Positions 1 through 14,161 of a stretch of 64,000 nucleotides of DNA are shown here, in pieces. The position numbers were made by a program, and so were the translations under genes. The stretch comes from Eledone cirrhosa (taxonomy: Eukaryota): the NCBI GenBank assembly GCA_964016885.1, contig OZ024740.1, positions 256,928,001 to 256,992,000 of the forward strand, in the 5' to 3' direction. Numbering within the stretch: position 1 is the first letter of the stretch; the number at the start of each line of letters is the position of its first letter. The notes below the pieces were generated by a model, which was given only the letters and a program-made list of their open reading frames with translations, made no database searches and was not told the DNA's origin.

Positions 1-36
1 GTCCTTAATAGGACGAAACATTGTTGGCCAATAAAG
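1..36 (+). ncRNA. 3' half of a minimal type I hammerhead ribozyme (cut by the window edge), followed by AATAAA
   Basis: GTCCT-taat-AGGAC hairpin directly followed by GAAAC-att-GTT, then AATAAA and (TA)n. The CTGANGA half would lie just outside the window. Confidence 0.45.
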
Positions 37-75
37 GCTTTTGATGTATTGAAGGTTTCTTTGTTTTACTTTCAT

Positions 76-106
<31 letters not shown>

Positions 107-157
107 GAAGTATTTCCGTAGGAAAGGTAAATTATTTTATGTTGTTTATTACATAAC

Positions 158-275
<118 letters not shown>

Positions 276-954
276 TACATACATATATAAATATATAAGT
301 GGGTGTGTATGTGGTTAGCCTGCATATACATGTTTGTTATTTACCACCAGATTCTTTTCATGGTACCTTAACTGTATATAAAATGAAGTGAGATTTAGTG
401 ACGTTCATTTTATTCCTACCAGTTTTCTATGAGCCCTTAACGCTCGCTGGTGTTGTAAGGGCGTCATTTTGACATGCAGCTCGATTTTTGGTATTTAAAA
501 CTAACAGAGCCCTCCCTTCTCTGTCTGAACACAGCCGAGATTTTTCACTCCCAATCCAACAAACATATATATACCAGTACCATCACCTACTGAAACGTTG
601 AAAAACCCCAGTTAATGAGAAAACGCTGCTAAACGAATGACCTAGATATTAACTACCACACCCTAAATCTAAAAGTTTAAGGATACATTACGGGCGGAGT
701 GATGGTTGCCTGTATACGGAGATTAACTAGCTTTTACTTTTTCGGTATTATAATCTCAGTACTTTTCTGACTGTTGCTATTCTTAAGACTGTTGTTGCTG
801 TTGATATCATTCTTATATATCTGTTGTTGGTATTGTCGTTACTGTTGTAAAATCTATTGTTTTGGTTGTGGCGAATATTTCATATCCATATGTATAATCC
901 AATATGTCAGCCTTTCTGCATTAATACCATATGATCTCTCTGTCTGTCTCCCCC

Positions 955-1067
<113 letters not shown>

Positions 1068-1087
1068 CATACATATATATATACATA

Positions 1088-1854
1088 TGATGACGAAAGG
1101 CTTCTCTGTACGCTTCTTCGGAAAGTATGTTTATTCCCTTTCAGAAACTAATTAGTTGGGAGTGAAATTTTAGTAAGTAAGTTAATTTTATAATTTTCTT
1201 ATTTTACGTCTGTCATATTATTGTTCTGCAACCCCATGCATTGAACCACAAAGTTACTAAGACAAAACCTATATATTTGCTAGCATAAGTATGCATCTGT
1301 GTATATATATGTTACTAGATATACTAATTCTTTATAATTATCTCCAAATTATTTGTCGAGCAAAAAATTGGCCAAAACTGCTGCTATAGTAACAGTCAGG
1401 CTGCTGTCTTCTTAACAAACCACTTTCCACTGATTGACATCGATGTCACGTGATTGATTCTTTTGAATTTGCCACCGACGCAGTAGGCAGTGATTTTCTC
1501 AATGGCTAGGAATTTAGTCCACGCTTTGCTTTCTTCCATCCACTGAATTATTCTTGTATAAGTTCCCTGTGTCCACGTATTGCCTGGAAACTTAGCTGAG
1601 AATAGACTTCCCTGATGACGAAAGGCTTCTCTGTACGCTTCTTCGGAAAGTATGTTTATTCCCTTTCAGAAACTGATTAGTTGGGAGTGAAATTTTAGTA
1701 AGTAAGTTAATTTTATAATTTTTTTATTTTACGTCTCTCATATTATTGTTCTGCAACCCCATGCATTGAACCACAAAGTTACTAATACAAAACCTATATA
1801 TTTGCTAGCATAAGTATGCATCTGTGTATATATATGTTACTAGATATACTAATT

Positions 1855-1860
<6 letters not shown>
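1088..1860 (+). mobile_element. Family A non-coding unit, ~525-bp period, ~1.5 copies, flanked by (TA)n; atypical HHR-like core
   Basis: TGACGAAAGG occurs at 1091 and 1616. Core at ~1612-1650 is CTGATGA-CGAAAGGC..GCTTCTTCG-GAAA, with stems I and III irregular. Confidence 0.7.
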
Positions 1861-1908
<48 letters not shown>

Positions 1909-1911
<3 letters not shown>

Positions 1912-2944
1912 AGACGTAAAATAAGAAAATTATAAAATTAACTTACTTACTAAAATATCACTTCCAACTAATTAGTTTCTGGAATGGAGTAAATATATTT
2001 TCCGAAGAATAATAAAGAGAAGCATTCCGTCGTCAGGAAAGTCTATTCTCATGTAAGTTTCCAGGCAAAGCGAGGACACTGGAAACTTATTTTAAAATAA
2101 TTCAGTGGATAGGAAATAGCAAAGCGTGGACTGAATTCCAAGCCATTGAGAAAATCACTGCCTCTACGTCTGTGGCAAATTCCAAAAGAATCGAACACGT
2201 GACATCGAGGTCAATCAGTGGAAAGTGGTTTGCTAATAAGACAGCGGCCTGCCTACAACCGTAGCAGCAGTCATGGCCAATATTGCTCGACAAATAATTT
2301 GGAGATAATAATAAAGAATTCATATCTAGTAACATATATATACATACAGATGCATATCAATGCTAGCAAATACATAGGTTTTGTCTTAATAACAGTGTGG
2401 TTCAATGCATGGGGTTACAGAACAATAATATAAGAGACGTAAAATAAGAAAATTATAAAATTAACTTACTTACTAAAATATCACTTCCAACTAATTAGTT
2501 TCTGGAATGGAGTAAATATATTTTCCGAAGAATAATATTGAGAAGCATTCCATCGTCAGGAAAGTCTATTCTCATGTAAGTTTCCAGGCAAAGCGAGGAC
2601 ACTGGAAACTTATTAAAAAATAATTCAGTGGATAGGAAATAGCAAAGCGTGGACTAAATTCCAAGCCATCAAGAAAATCACTGCCTCTACGTCTGTGGCA
2701 AATTCAAAAAGAATCGAACACGTGACATCGAGGTCAATCAGTGGAAAGTGGTTTGCTAATAAGACAGCGGCCTGCCTACAACCGTAGCAGCAGTCATGGC
2801 CAATATTGCTCGACAAATAATTTGGAGATAATAATAAAGAATTCATATCTAGTAACATATATATACATACAGATGCATATCAATGCTAGCAAATATATAG
2901 GTTTTGTCTTAATAACAGTGTGGTTCAATGCATGGGGTTGCAGA
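1909..2944 (-). mobile_element. Diverged family A copy, inverted, ~2 tandem units of 523 bp
   Basis: Near-identical short ORFs at 2102 and 2625 give period 523. The sequence is a diverged reverse complement of 1088-1860, with CTGACGA on the minus strand. Confidence 0.75.
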
Positions 2945-3059
2945 TATATATATATATATATATATGTAGAAGTTGTATTTAAATTGTTGGGATACAACAA
3001 CCAAATATTTTTATAACTGATATAAAGCACTCAACAAATTATTGGAGTAAAAATACGAT

Positions 3060-3412
3060 ATATTAACAAGCGGAAACTATATTTATAAAACCATATTTAT
3101 TTCATTATACATATTTCAAGGACACCAAGTTAAATTATGGTTTTATTTCATCAGATAAAATATAATATAGATCAGTTTTATAAATAAATATTGACATACC
3201 CTTAAAGAATGCAACCATTACTGTTGGAAGCTCCCGGATAGCTTCCAACAGAAATGGTCGCATTCTTTAAGGGTATGTCAATATTTGTTTATAAAACTGA
3301 TCTATATTATATTTTATCTGATGAAAGCACACCATAATTGAACTTGGTGTCCTTGAAATATGTATAATGAAATAAATATGGTTTTATAAATATAGTTTCC
3401 ACTTGTTAATAT
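3060..3412. repeat. Family B fold-back (~170-bp arms, 7-nt loop at 3233-3239), each arm with an HHR motif
   Basis: ...ctgttggaagct-cccggat-agcttccaacag... and the arms stay complementary outward to ~3060/3412. Confidence 0.85.
3311..3373 (+). ncRNA. Type I hammerhead ribozyme (family B)
   Basis: attttat CTGATGA aagcACACCA..TGGTGTcctt GAAA TATGTA TA atgaaat. Stems I and II form, and stem III is near-palindromic. Confidence 0.65.
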
Positions 3413-3448
3413 ATATATATATATGTATGTATATAATTGTATATATTT

Positions 3449-3509
<61 letters not shown>

Positions 3510-3518
<9 letters not shown>

Positions 3519-3894
3519 AGAACAAAAGATGGTTAAAGGAGTTCCATGTATTTTATTATGCGCATTTCAAAAACAAACATCATCATGCAATAATATTTGT
3601 GTTTTTATCAGATAAAACAGGAGGACATGACATGATATGTTGATTTAGAACTGCACTATCCACAAGTGTTTTTTAGCCTTCATATCATGTCCTCCTGTTT
3701 TATCTGATGAAAACACAAATATTATTGCATGATGATGTTTGTTTTTGAAATGCGCATAATAAAATACATGGAACTCCTTTAACCATCTTTTGTTCTTATA
3801 TATTATGTATACTCCAGTCCTACAAACTGTAGAGTGCTTCTTATCCGATATCTGCATTGCTTTATTGTACTACAATAAAACTCACCTCCTACAT

Positions 3895-3895
<1 letters not shown>
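3510..3895 (+). mobile_element. Family C ~260-bp HHR element (3637-3895) with an inverted partial copy upstream (3510-3636)
   Basis: 3510-3630 is the reverse complement of ~3685-3800. Homologues lie at 26700-26970 and 39440-39625. Confidence 0.75.
3698..3764 (+). ncRNA. Type I hammerhead ribozyme with palindromic stem III (family C)
   Basis: ttttat CTGATGA [stem II aaaca..tgtttt] GAAA TGCGCA TA ataaaa. Stem I is perfect; predicted cleavage after A3758. Confidence 0.75.
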
Positions 3896-3924
<29 letters not shown>

Positions 3925-3925
<1 letters not shown>

Positions 3926-4978
3926 AAGTAATATATATGAGTAATATATATGATGAAACAGATACCAACACATCTGTATTTATATTGCAAAAGAAAGTTA
4001 GCCAGAATGAAGAATATTAATTATTTTACCACAGTTCGTCCACATCGATTTAAAATAATAAATCGACAAAAACTAGCTGCGCTGCCAAATGGCTATGATG
4101 TTTATACATATTTAAATTTCAAAGTCAAACCTGTTCAGTAGATAAGTTTAAACCTCAAAATCCAAACATGTTTCGAGATGAATATAAGTGTAGGAATATC
4201 ATGCCACTGCTCTCCTCAGTAAACATCCAGAGACAATTGATAAGCTTCACTTCTAAATAATTTAAAAGACTGTGTGACGCACATGGGTTCACAGATTAAT
4301 ATTCTTCATTCTGGCTAACTTTCTTTTGCAATATAAATACAGATGTGTTGGTATCTGTTTCATCATATATATTACTCATATATATTACTTTTATACACGG
4401 CTCAGGAATATTTCCTTTTGAGCTAATACCATTGTAAAAGAATTAATTACACTTAATATAACTGCTCTTCGTCGAGCTGAAATTCGCCTCATATATACGA
4501 CTGTTATTTCTAGCAGTACGGTTATGAGACTAGATTGAATCTGTGAACCCATGTGCGTCACACAGTCTTTTAAATTATTTAGAAGTGAAGCTTATCAATT
4601 GTCTCTGGATGTTTACTGAGGAGAGCAGTGGCATGATATTCCTACACTTATATTCATCTCGAAACATGTTTGGATTTTGAGGTTTAAACTTATCTACTGA
4701 ACAGGTTTGACTTTGAAATTTAAATATGTATAAACATCATAGCCATTTGGCAGCGCAGCTAGTTTTTGTCGATTTATTATTTTAAATCGATGTGGACGAA
4801 CTGTGGTAAAATAATTAATATTCTTCATTCTGGCTAACTTTCTTTTGCAATATAAATACAGATGTGTTGGTATCTGTTTCATCATATATATTACTCATAT
4901 ATATTACTTTTATACACGGCTCAGGAATATTTCCTTTTGAGCTAATTCAATTGTAAAAGAATTAATTACACTTAATAT
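3925..4978 (+). mobile_element. Family F unit (519-bp period, ~1.3 copies, 4295-4978) preceded by an inverted copy (3925-4296)
   Basis: Identical 63-aa pseudo-ORFs at 3950(+) and 4885(-). The segment attaatattcttcattc occurs at 4295 and 4814. Confidence 0.8.
4611..4675 (+). ncRNA. Type I hammerhead ribozyme candidate (family F)
   Basis: gttta CTGAGGA GAG..CTC GAAA CATG TT tggat. Palindromic ACATGT stem III, weak G-U-rich stem I. Mirror copy at ~4160-4225 on the minus strand. Confidence 0.5.
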
Positions 4979-5556
<578 letters not shown>

Positions 5557-5738
5557 ACGGAGAAAGCTAATAGCGATACACCGGCCAAATTCCAACTCAC
5601 TCAACAAACATTAGGAAATATCTGAGTATGTTCCTAATTAAACGTTCGGGGTGATAACTATATTGTATTGTGTGGCGAATTGGCTGTATCATCTCATATG
5701 AGATATATCAATATATATATATATGTATATAACAATAT

Positions 5739-5803
<65 letters not shown>

Positions 5804-6324
5804 TAGTTAAAAGAATAGAGGTGTAACACACAAGTTATTATATATTGGAATAGAAAATGCTGACAAATTGTTCACAGTTGAAAAATGGTTTAATTAGGAA
5901 TAAAAGAGTATTAGTGATTGTATGGGTTAGTATTCAGTTGTGGTTTTAAGTTTTTAAGTTTTTACCGGTTGCGCATTTCTAAATGCTTTTCAAAAATAAT
6001 TTTGAGATAGAGTGTCCGTGTTGTTTGCTCTGATCTGATTAGTTTTGGGAATTCTACCTGTTTTTATGTTAAAAAAGTGGCTCCAGCGTTAGTTTTGTGT
6101 TGCAAAAATGCTTGTGGTCAAAACAATTTTGATTGGTCGGTAGAGGTCATGTGAATGTAAAAAGTTGATTTTGCGCCAAGACTGTTTTTATGTTAAAAAA
6201 GTGGCTCCAGCAAAAATTCTTGGTCAAAACAATTTTGATTGGTCGGTAGAAGTCATGTGGATAAAAAATTGGTTTTGCGCCAAGATTGAGAAATGACTCT
6301 TTCACAACAAATATGTGTGTGTGT

Positions 6325-6398
<74 letters not shown>

Positions 6399-6466
6399 AG
6401 TAGTAGTAAGATGTTCGATGCTGCGACAATGGCCAGCAGCGATGTGTGTCAAATGGCTATTAAGAT

Positions 6467-6516
<50 letters not shown>

Positions 6517-7821
6517 ATAGCAGAGTAATTCGATGGTCAGTAAGAAATTTTAGCATGTCAAAAGATATTTTTCTGCTTTTGTCTTATACGGAGAAGTGCG
6601 TGTGTGTGTGTGTGTGTGTGTGTATAAGTCTCTCTGTATGTTGATGTACGCGTGTGTATGTGTTTGTGTATATATGTGTGTGTGTGTGTGTGTGTGTGGG
6701 TGGACCAGTATTTTTTTCCCCCTGGTAAAATGGTGTACATTATTCGATTTTTTTCAGTAAAATCGGTTCTCTTAATAGAACATCAAAAATCTTAACAATA
6801 AAAGGTGTGAAATGATATTCACTATATATATATACACATACATATATTCACTACATATATAAATATATATACATATATACATACATATATATGCACATAT
6901 ATTTTCTTGTATTGCACCATAGAGCATGTGTGTTTACGTGTGTCATTGTGTTTATATGTGGGTAGAGATGTGTGCTGATGTAGGTATGTATGTTGACGTG
7001 TGTATGTTGTGGGTTCGTCTTAGGGAGAAGTGTTTAGACGGGGTCCGTATTTGTTAATGAAGTAAGATTCCTTGCTGATGCGCTGGGTGTGGGTGTCATT
7101 ATCTTTACATTTGTAGAGGGGAAAGATTCTGAAGTTGGGATGATTTTGGGCGGCACAGGTATCAATGTGTTCACTCAGTGGTATTTTCCTGTATTCCCGT
7201 ATTTTAATTTGGGATCTATGAACCGCACAACAACTTCTCAAACCCCCAAGCCTCAAACAAACGAAGAAGGAAGCACCACACCGAAGATGAACTTCCCAAC
7301 CTCGCTACCATAAGAAGGAACAAAAACCCAAGAAATCATCTCCCCCAGAATGACATTTACAACTTTCCCCCTTCAAGGAGACACCATACCAAATCACTCA
7401 ACTACTACGCGGATTCCTCATCGTCAAACATAGGGAAAAGATACCACCGCCATGATAGATGCAACAACTTCCCCGCTTCAAGAGGACAGCAAGGTAATTA
7501 CTATTTTCTCAACTCTCACTTCCACAATACACAACAAACCAACACCACACGATACAACCAACAACGTAGGCCACTTATAACACCACAATACAACATGGCA
7601 CATAGAAACACACACCCATACTCGCAGTACAGGAACACCCCATTCAATCTACAACCACCAACCCGAACCACATTTTACAACAACAAGGAATATAACAAAC
7701 ACAGGAGACCACTTAACATCAGCAGACAAACCCTCTACCCCAACCATTTTTTAGACACAGCACACAGATACAGGCAAACAAAATAACACAAAACAGGGAG
7801 GAGAAACCGATAGTAATAAAT

Positions 7822-10071
7822 ATTATCAATCTTACTAGTGCAGAACCAACACACAACCTTATCAACTTACTCTCCAAAGGTCTTAAATTCACACCGACCC
7901 CACTACGTCCTAACTACTATGAAATGAAGGAAGATATCACAGACTTCTGTAGAAAGTTACGACTTAGTGAACAACTATTCGACCAGTACAATGAGGATGA
8001 ATCATTAGCCAGAAATAGAAGCAATTACACACCTTCAAAAGGTAGAAATAAAATCCTGGACGAATTCTGTGAACACATCACACACTTCCCTTACCAACAC
8101 TTGCACAGACAAAAACACAAGCCAAACCTCAACAAGAAAGAATGGGAAGAATTAAATAGATTAAAAACCGACAGAACCATTACAATTAAAGAGGCTGATA
8201 AAGGGAGTACAGTAGTCCTAATGGAGACAGAATTCTATATCAACTTAGCGCTCTCCACTTTGGAAAACGAAACATACTACGAAAAGGCTGAACACTACAA
8301 TCAACAGAAAATTATGAGAAACCTAAAAACTCTAATCAACCAATACAAAGAAGGACTCACTAACAAGGAATTCAGCTTCATCACAGACTTCACAAGTAAA
8401 TCCAGCCTTTTCTACGGTATCCCTAAAGTACATAAAAGCGAATCAATCAGTAAGGCATGCAAGGAAGCCACAGACATAGTCATCAATGTCCCCTCACCCA
8501 ATGATCTCAAATTAAGACCTATAATAGCAGGCCTCGCTTGTGAAACGCACCGTCTTAGCAACTTCATTGATACCCTTCTCAAACCCTTCCTCAAGCACAT
8601 CAAAAGCTATATAAGGGACGACCTAGATATGCTCAATCACCTCCCTAATATGCCACTTTCTGAACAAACCCTACTAGTGACGTTCGATGTAGTCAACCTA
8701 TACTCCAACATCCCCCACAACCTAGGAATAGAAGCTATCCAATTCTGGCTGGATAATTTCCACAATGAACTCCCACAACGCATCAAAAAAGAATTCGTGA
8801 TAGAGGGACTCAAATTTATCTTGGAGAACAATTACTTCGTTTTCAATAACAAACCCTACAGGCAGAAATCTGGGACCGCTATGGGAACGAAAACAGCCCC
8901 TACTTATGCCAACCTAGTCATGGGATACCTGGAAATCACCCTCTACACTAAAGTCCTAAACAAATTTGGAAACACCCTCCACTTACACATTGAAAGGAAC
9001 TGGAAGCGATATCTAGATGACTGCTTCATCCTTTGGCACGAAAACATCGAAAAACTTAAAGAATTTCACACCCTTATAAATGGGCTCAACACAAATATTA
9101 ACTTCACGATGGAATACAGCCATCAACAACTCCCCTTCCTCGACATCCTCATTAAGATCCATAACAAAAAAATAGAAACAGACATATACTACAAGCCCAC
9201 AGACTCCAAGCAATATCTCCCCTTCAACTCTTGCCACCCTAGACACGTTAAAATTAATATTCCCTACAACTTAGCCAAGAGAATCTGTACTATAGTCTCC
9301 AATAAAAACATCTGCTACTTACGGCTACAAGAACTAAAGGACACACTCATAGGCAGGGACTACCCTGCATCACTAATTGACAATGGAATCCAACGTGCCT
9401 TAAAACTCAGTACCCAGGACCTTAGACACCCTAAAGTAAATCAACCAAAACTAAAAGCTCTTCCATACATCTCCACACACAACCCCCTCAACAATGAGGC
9501 CTTTGACACCATCCTCCAGAACATCCCTGTATTGAAAAAGGACCATAGAATGAACCAAATTTTACGAACACACGATATCATAAAGAGCAAAAGACAATCC
9601 AAGTCAATGTAAAATATCTTAACACATGCCAAAGTACTGCCAACCACAACAACGAAACCTACAGTAAAAAAAGGCGATAGACCCAACTGTGGCATTTGCA
9701 TCAACCTAATAGAGGGTTCGGAATTCTATTTCAAAGATGGACAACGTTTTATAGTAAAACACAATTTCACATGTGCATCGGAAAATCTAATATATGTATT
9801 AACTTGTTCAGGTTGTCGAGAACAATACATAGGCCAGACCAAAAACAGCCTCCGCCAACGCATGACTGTCCATAGATCCCAAATTAAAATACGGGAATAC
9901 AGGAAAATACCACTGAGTGAACACATTGATACCTGTGCCGCCCAAAATCATCCCAACTTCAGAATCTTTCCCCTCTACAAATTTAAAGATAATGCCACCC
10001 ACACCCAGCGCATCAGCAAGGAATCTTACTTCATTAACAAATACGGACCCCGTCTAAACACTTCTCCCTAA
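7822..10071 (+). pseudogene. PLE reverse transcriptase + GIY-YIG endonuclease, one in-frame TAA at 9610-9612
   Basis: Motifs INL..LLSKGLKFTP, ADKG, FYGIPKVHK, LRPII, FDVVNLYSNIP, GTAMG, RYLDD, LPFLD, YYKPT, SCHP. After the stop the same frame gives CGIC, NLIYVLTCSGC..YIGQT..LRQR. Confidence 0.92.
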
Positions 10072-10555
10072 GACGAACCCACAACATACACACGTCAACA
10101 TACATACCTACATCAGCACACATCTCTACCCACATATAAACACAATGACACACGTAAACACACATGCTCTATGGTGCAATACAAGAAAATATATGTGAAT
10201 ATATATGTATGTATATATGTATATATATATATATATGTAGTGAATATATGTATGTGTATATATATATAGTGAATATCATTTCACACCTTTTATTGTTAAG
10301 ATTTTTGATGTTCTATTAAGAGAACCGATTTTACTGAAAAAATCGACTAATGTACACTATTTTACCAGGGGGAAAAAAATACTGGTCCACCCACACACAC
10401 ACACACATATATACACAAACACATACACACGCGTACATCAACATACAAAGAGACTTATACACACACACACACACACGCACTTCTCCGTATAAGACAAAAG
10501 CTGAAAAATATCTTTTGACATGCTAAAATTTCTTACTGACCATCGAATTACTCTG

Positions 10556-10647
<92 letters not shown>

Positions 10648-10742
10648 ATCTTAATAGCCATTTGACACACATCGCTGCTGGCCATTGTCGCAGCATCGAA
10701 CACCTTACTACTGCTACTACACACACACACACACACACATAT

Positions 10743-10858
<116 letters not shown>

Positions 10859-11182
10859 ATACACATATTTGTTGTGAAAGAGTCATTTCTCAATCTTGGC
10901 GCAAAACCAATTTTTTATCCACATGACCTCTACCGACCAATCAAAATTGTTTTGACCAAGAATTTTTGCTGGAGCCACTTTTTTAACATAAAAACAGTCT
11001 TGGCGCAAAATCAACTTTTTACATTCACATGACCTCTACCGACCAATCAAAATTGTTTTGACCACAAGCATTTTTGCAACACAAAAATAACGCTGGAGCC
11101 ACTTTTTTAACATAAAAACAGGTAGAATTCCCAAAACTAATCAGATCAGAGCAAACAGCACGGACACTCTATCTCAAAATTA

Positions 11183-11220
11183 TTTTTGAAAAGCATTTAG
11201 AAATGCGCAACCGGTAAAAA
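11183..11220 (+). ncRNA. Degenerate minimal HHR in the PLE 3' UTR (U3-A8 core, GCAA instead of GAAA)
   Basis: ttt TTGAAAA GCATT-taga-AATGC GCAA CCGG TA aaaa; the same sequence is in the left arm (~5958-5995, minus). Confidence 0.45.
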
Positions 11221-11360
11221 CTTAAAAACTTAAAACCACAACTGAATACTAACCCATACAATCACTAATACTCTTTTATTCCTAATTAAACCATTTTTCA
11301 ACTGTGAACAATTTGTCAGCATTTTCTATTCCGTTTACCAATATACATATATATATAGAG

Positions 11361-12463
<1,103 letters not shown>

Positions 12464-12464
12464 C

Positions 12465-12545
<81 letters not shown>

Positions 12546-12609
12546 TATGTATATATGTGAGTGTGTGTGTCTGTGTGTGTATATACTTCTGCATTTATAT
12601 AAATATATA

Positions 12610-12862
12610 TTTTTATACTTTGGGAAGATCATTTCGCCAATATAAACACATGCACCTGTTGGTTTTCATTTCAAATTTATCATAAATTTCTGATTGGCTG
12701 GTTGGTTCAACAATCGGAAGGTTGTTTATATATTGTCAAATCTCTTTCGTCACAAATTCTGTGACCTCCTCAGTATCTAGGTTTTTATTTTGTGTCTCTT
12801 TATTTTTCTGTCCTACACCATTTGTTTTTGTGTGTTGTGTGCCTAGTTTCCGTATGCGTTAC
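12610..12862 (-). mobile_element. Family E PLE terminal-repeat fragment with HHR motif (12735-12777)
   Basis: CTGAGGA GGTCACA..TGTGAC GAAA on the minus strand; homologous to 28800-29285 and 41075-41500. Confidence 0.65.
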
Positions 12863-12915
12863 ACACACAGACAGACAAACACTCACATACATACATATAT
12901 ACGTCTCTCTCTCGT

Positions 12916-13005
<90 letters not shown>

Positions 13006-13898
13006 CGAGGTGTGTCAGAAAAGTTCCAGGACGGATGTGACAAAAGATTTATTTCAAACCCAAACTTCACACTAAAAGTGTTCTTCTTCAAAGTAATCCC
13101 CCTGGAGTATGTAACTGTAATCATAGCTCTCTGCAGCGATCAAACTTTTTCTTCATAATTTTATATACATGTCCTCTGTTTCAGGTCGTCAAGCAATGAG
13201 CACAGAGCAACCAACAAACTTGAAAACTCCGTCAGAATCACTTGGATTGCTGCAGCAAGTGTATGGAGATGAGACGATGTCACGCTCACGTGTTTTTGAG
13301 TGGTGCACGAGGTTTAAAGAAAGACGCGTGGACGTGGAAGATGACCCCAGGGGCGGAAGGTCCTCAACAACGAGGACTGAGGTCAACGTTGAGCACGTCA
13401 GGCAGATGGTGCGTAGCGATCTTCAGCTGACCGTTCGACTGATGGCAAGTGAGCAGGGCATGAATAGCGGCAGCGTCTGGAAGATTCTCACTGAAGATTT
13501 GGACATGCGGAAAGTCTGCGCGAAGATGGTGCCAAAACTGCTGAACGATGACAAGAAGGGTCGACACATGCTAGTGTGCCAGGACATCCTCGAGCGTCTT
13601 GAAACCGAACCAGACTTGCTAGGGACAATCATCACCTGTGATGAGTCATGGATCTTCGAGTACGACCCGGAGAGGACACGTTTTGAAGACGTGGATGACA
13701 TCAAAAAGGCCGTGACGACAGAACTGCGGAGGATGCCGGAAGAATCCTTCCAGGAGTGCATGCAAGGCTGGTAGAAAAGTATGGAAAGTGCTTTAGACTC
13801 AGGGGGATTACTTTGAAGGAGTAAACTCTTAGTGTGAAATTTGGGTTTGAAATAAATCTTTTGTGACATCAGTCCTCGAACTTTTATGATGCACCTCG
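13006..13898 (+). mobile_element. Internally deleted mariner-like (Tc1/mariner) DNA transposon with ~100-bp TIRs, inserted in (TA)n
   Basis: Ends CGAGGTGTGTCAGAAAAGTT.. and ..AACTTTTATGATGCACCTCG are inverted repeats; transposase fragment inside. Confidence 0.9.
13169..13774 (+). pseudogene. Mariner transposase remnant (HTH region and first catalytic Asp; remaining DD34D core deleted)
   Basis: [29 protein letters not shown] and [14 protein letters not shown], joined directly to C-terminal RFEDVDDIK. Confidence 0.88.
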
Positions 13899-13902
13899 TG
13901 TA

Positions 13903-14026
<124 letters not shown>

Positions 14027-14076
14027 TTTTGAGCATATGTTGGTTGTATACCAACACCTCAGTATGCAGGCTTGGG

Positions 14077-14159
<83 letters not shown>

Positions 14160-14161
<2 letters not shown>

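Noticed and set aside
2102-4885. Repeated short ORFs (77 aa, 63 aa and others) as a small gene family
   Set aside because: They recur only because the non-coding units are duplicated; there are no recognisable motifs and the frame is not kept in the diverged copy.
9610-9612. In-frame stop as selenocysteine recoding
   Set aside because: The codon is TAA, not TGA, and not at a Cys position. The Cys motifs of the two CxC-type PLEs (34156-34506, 37336-37761) use normal Cys codons.
14030-14080. Small hairpin island as an HHR
   Set aside because: It has CTGAGG and a hairpin on the minus strand but no GAAA or stem III.
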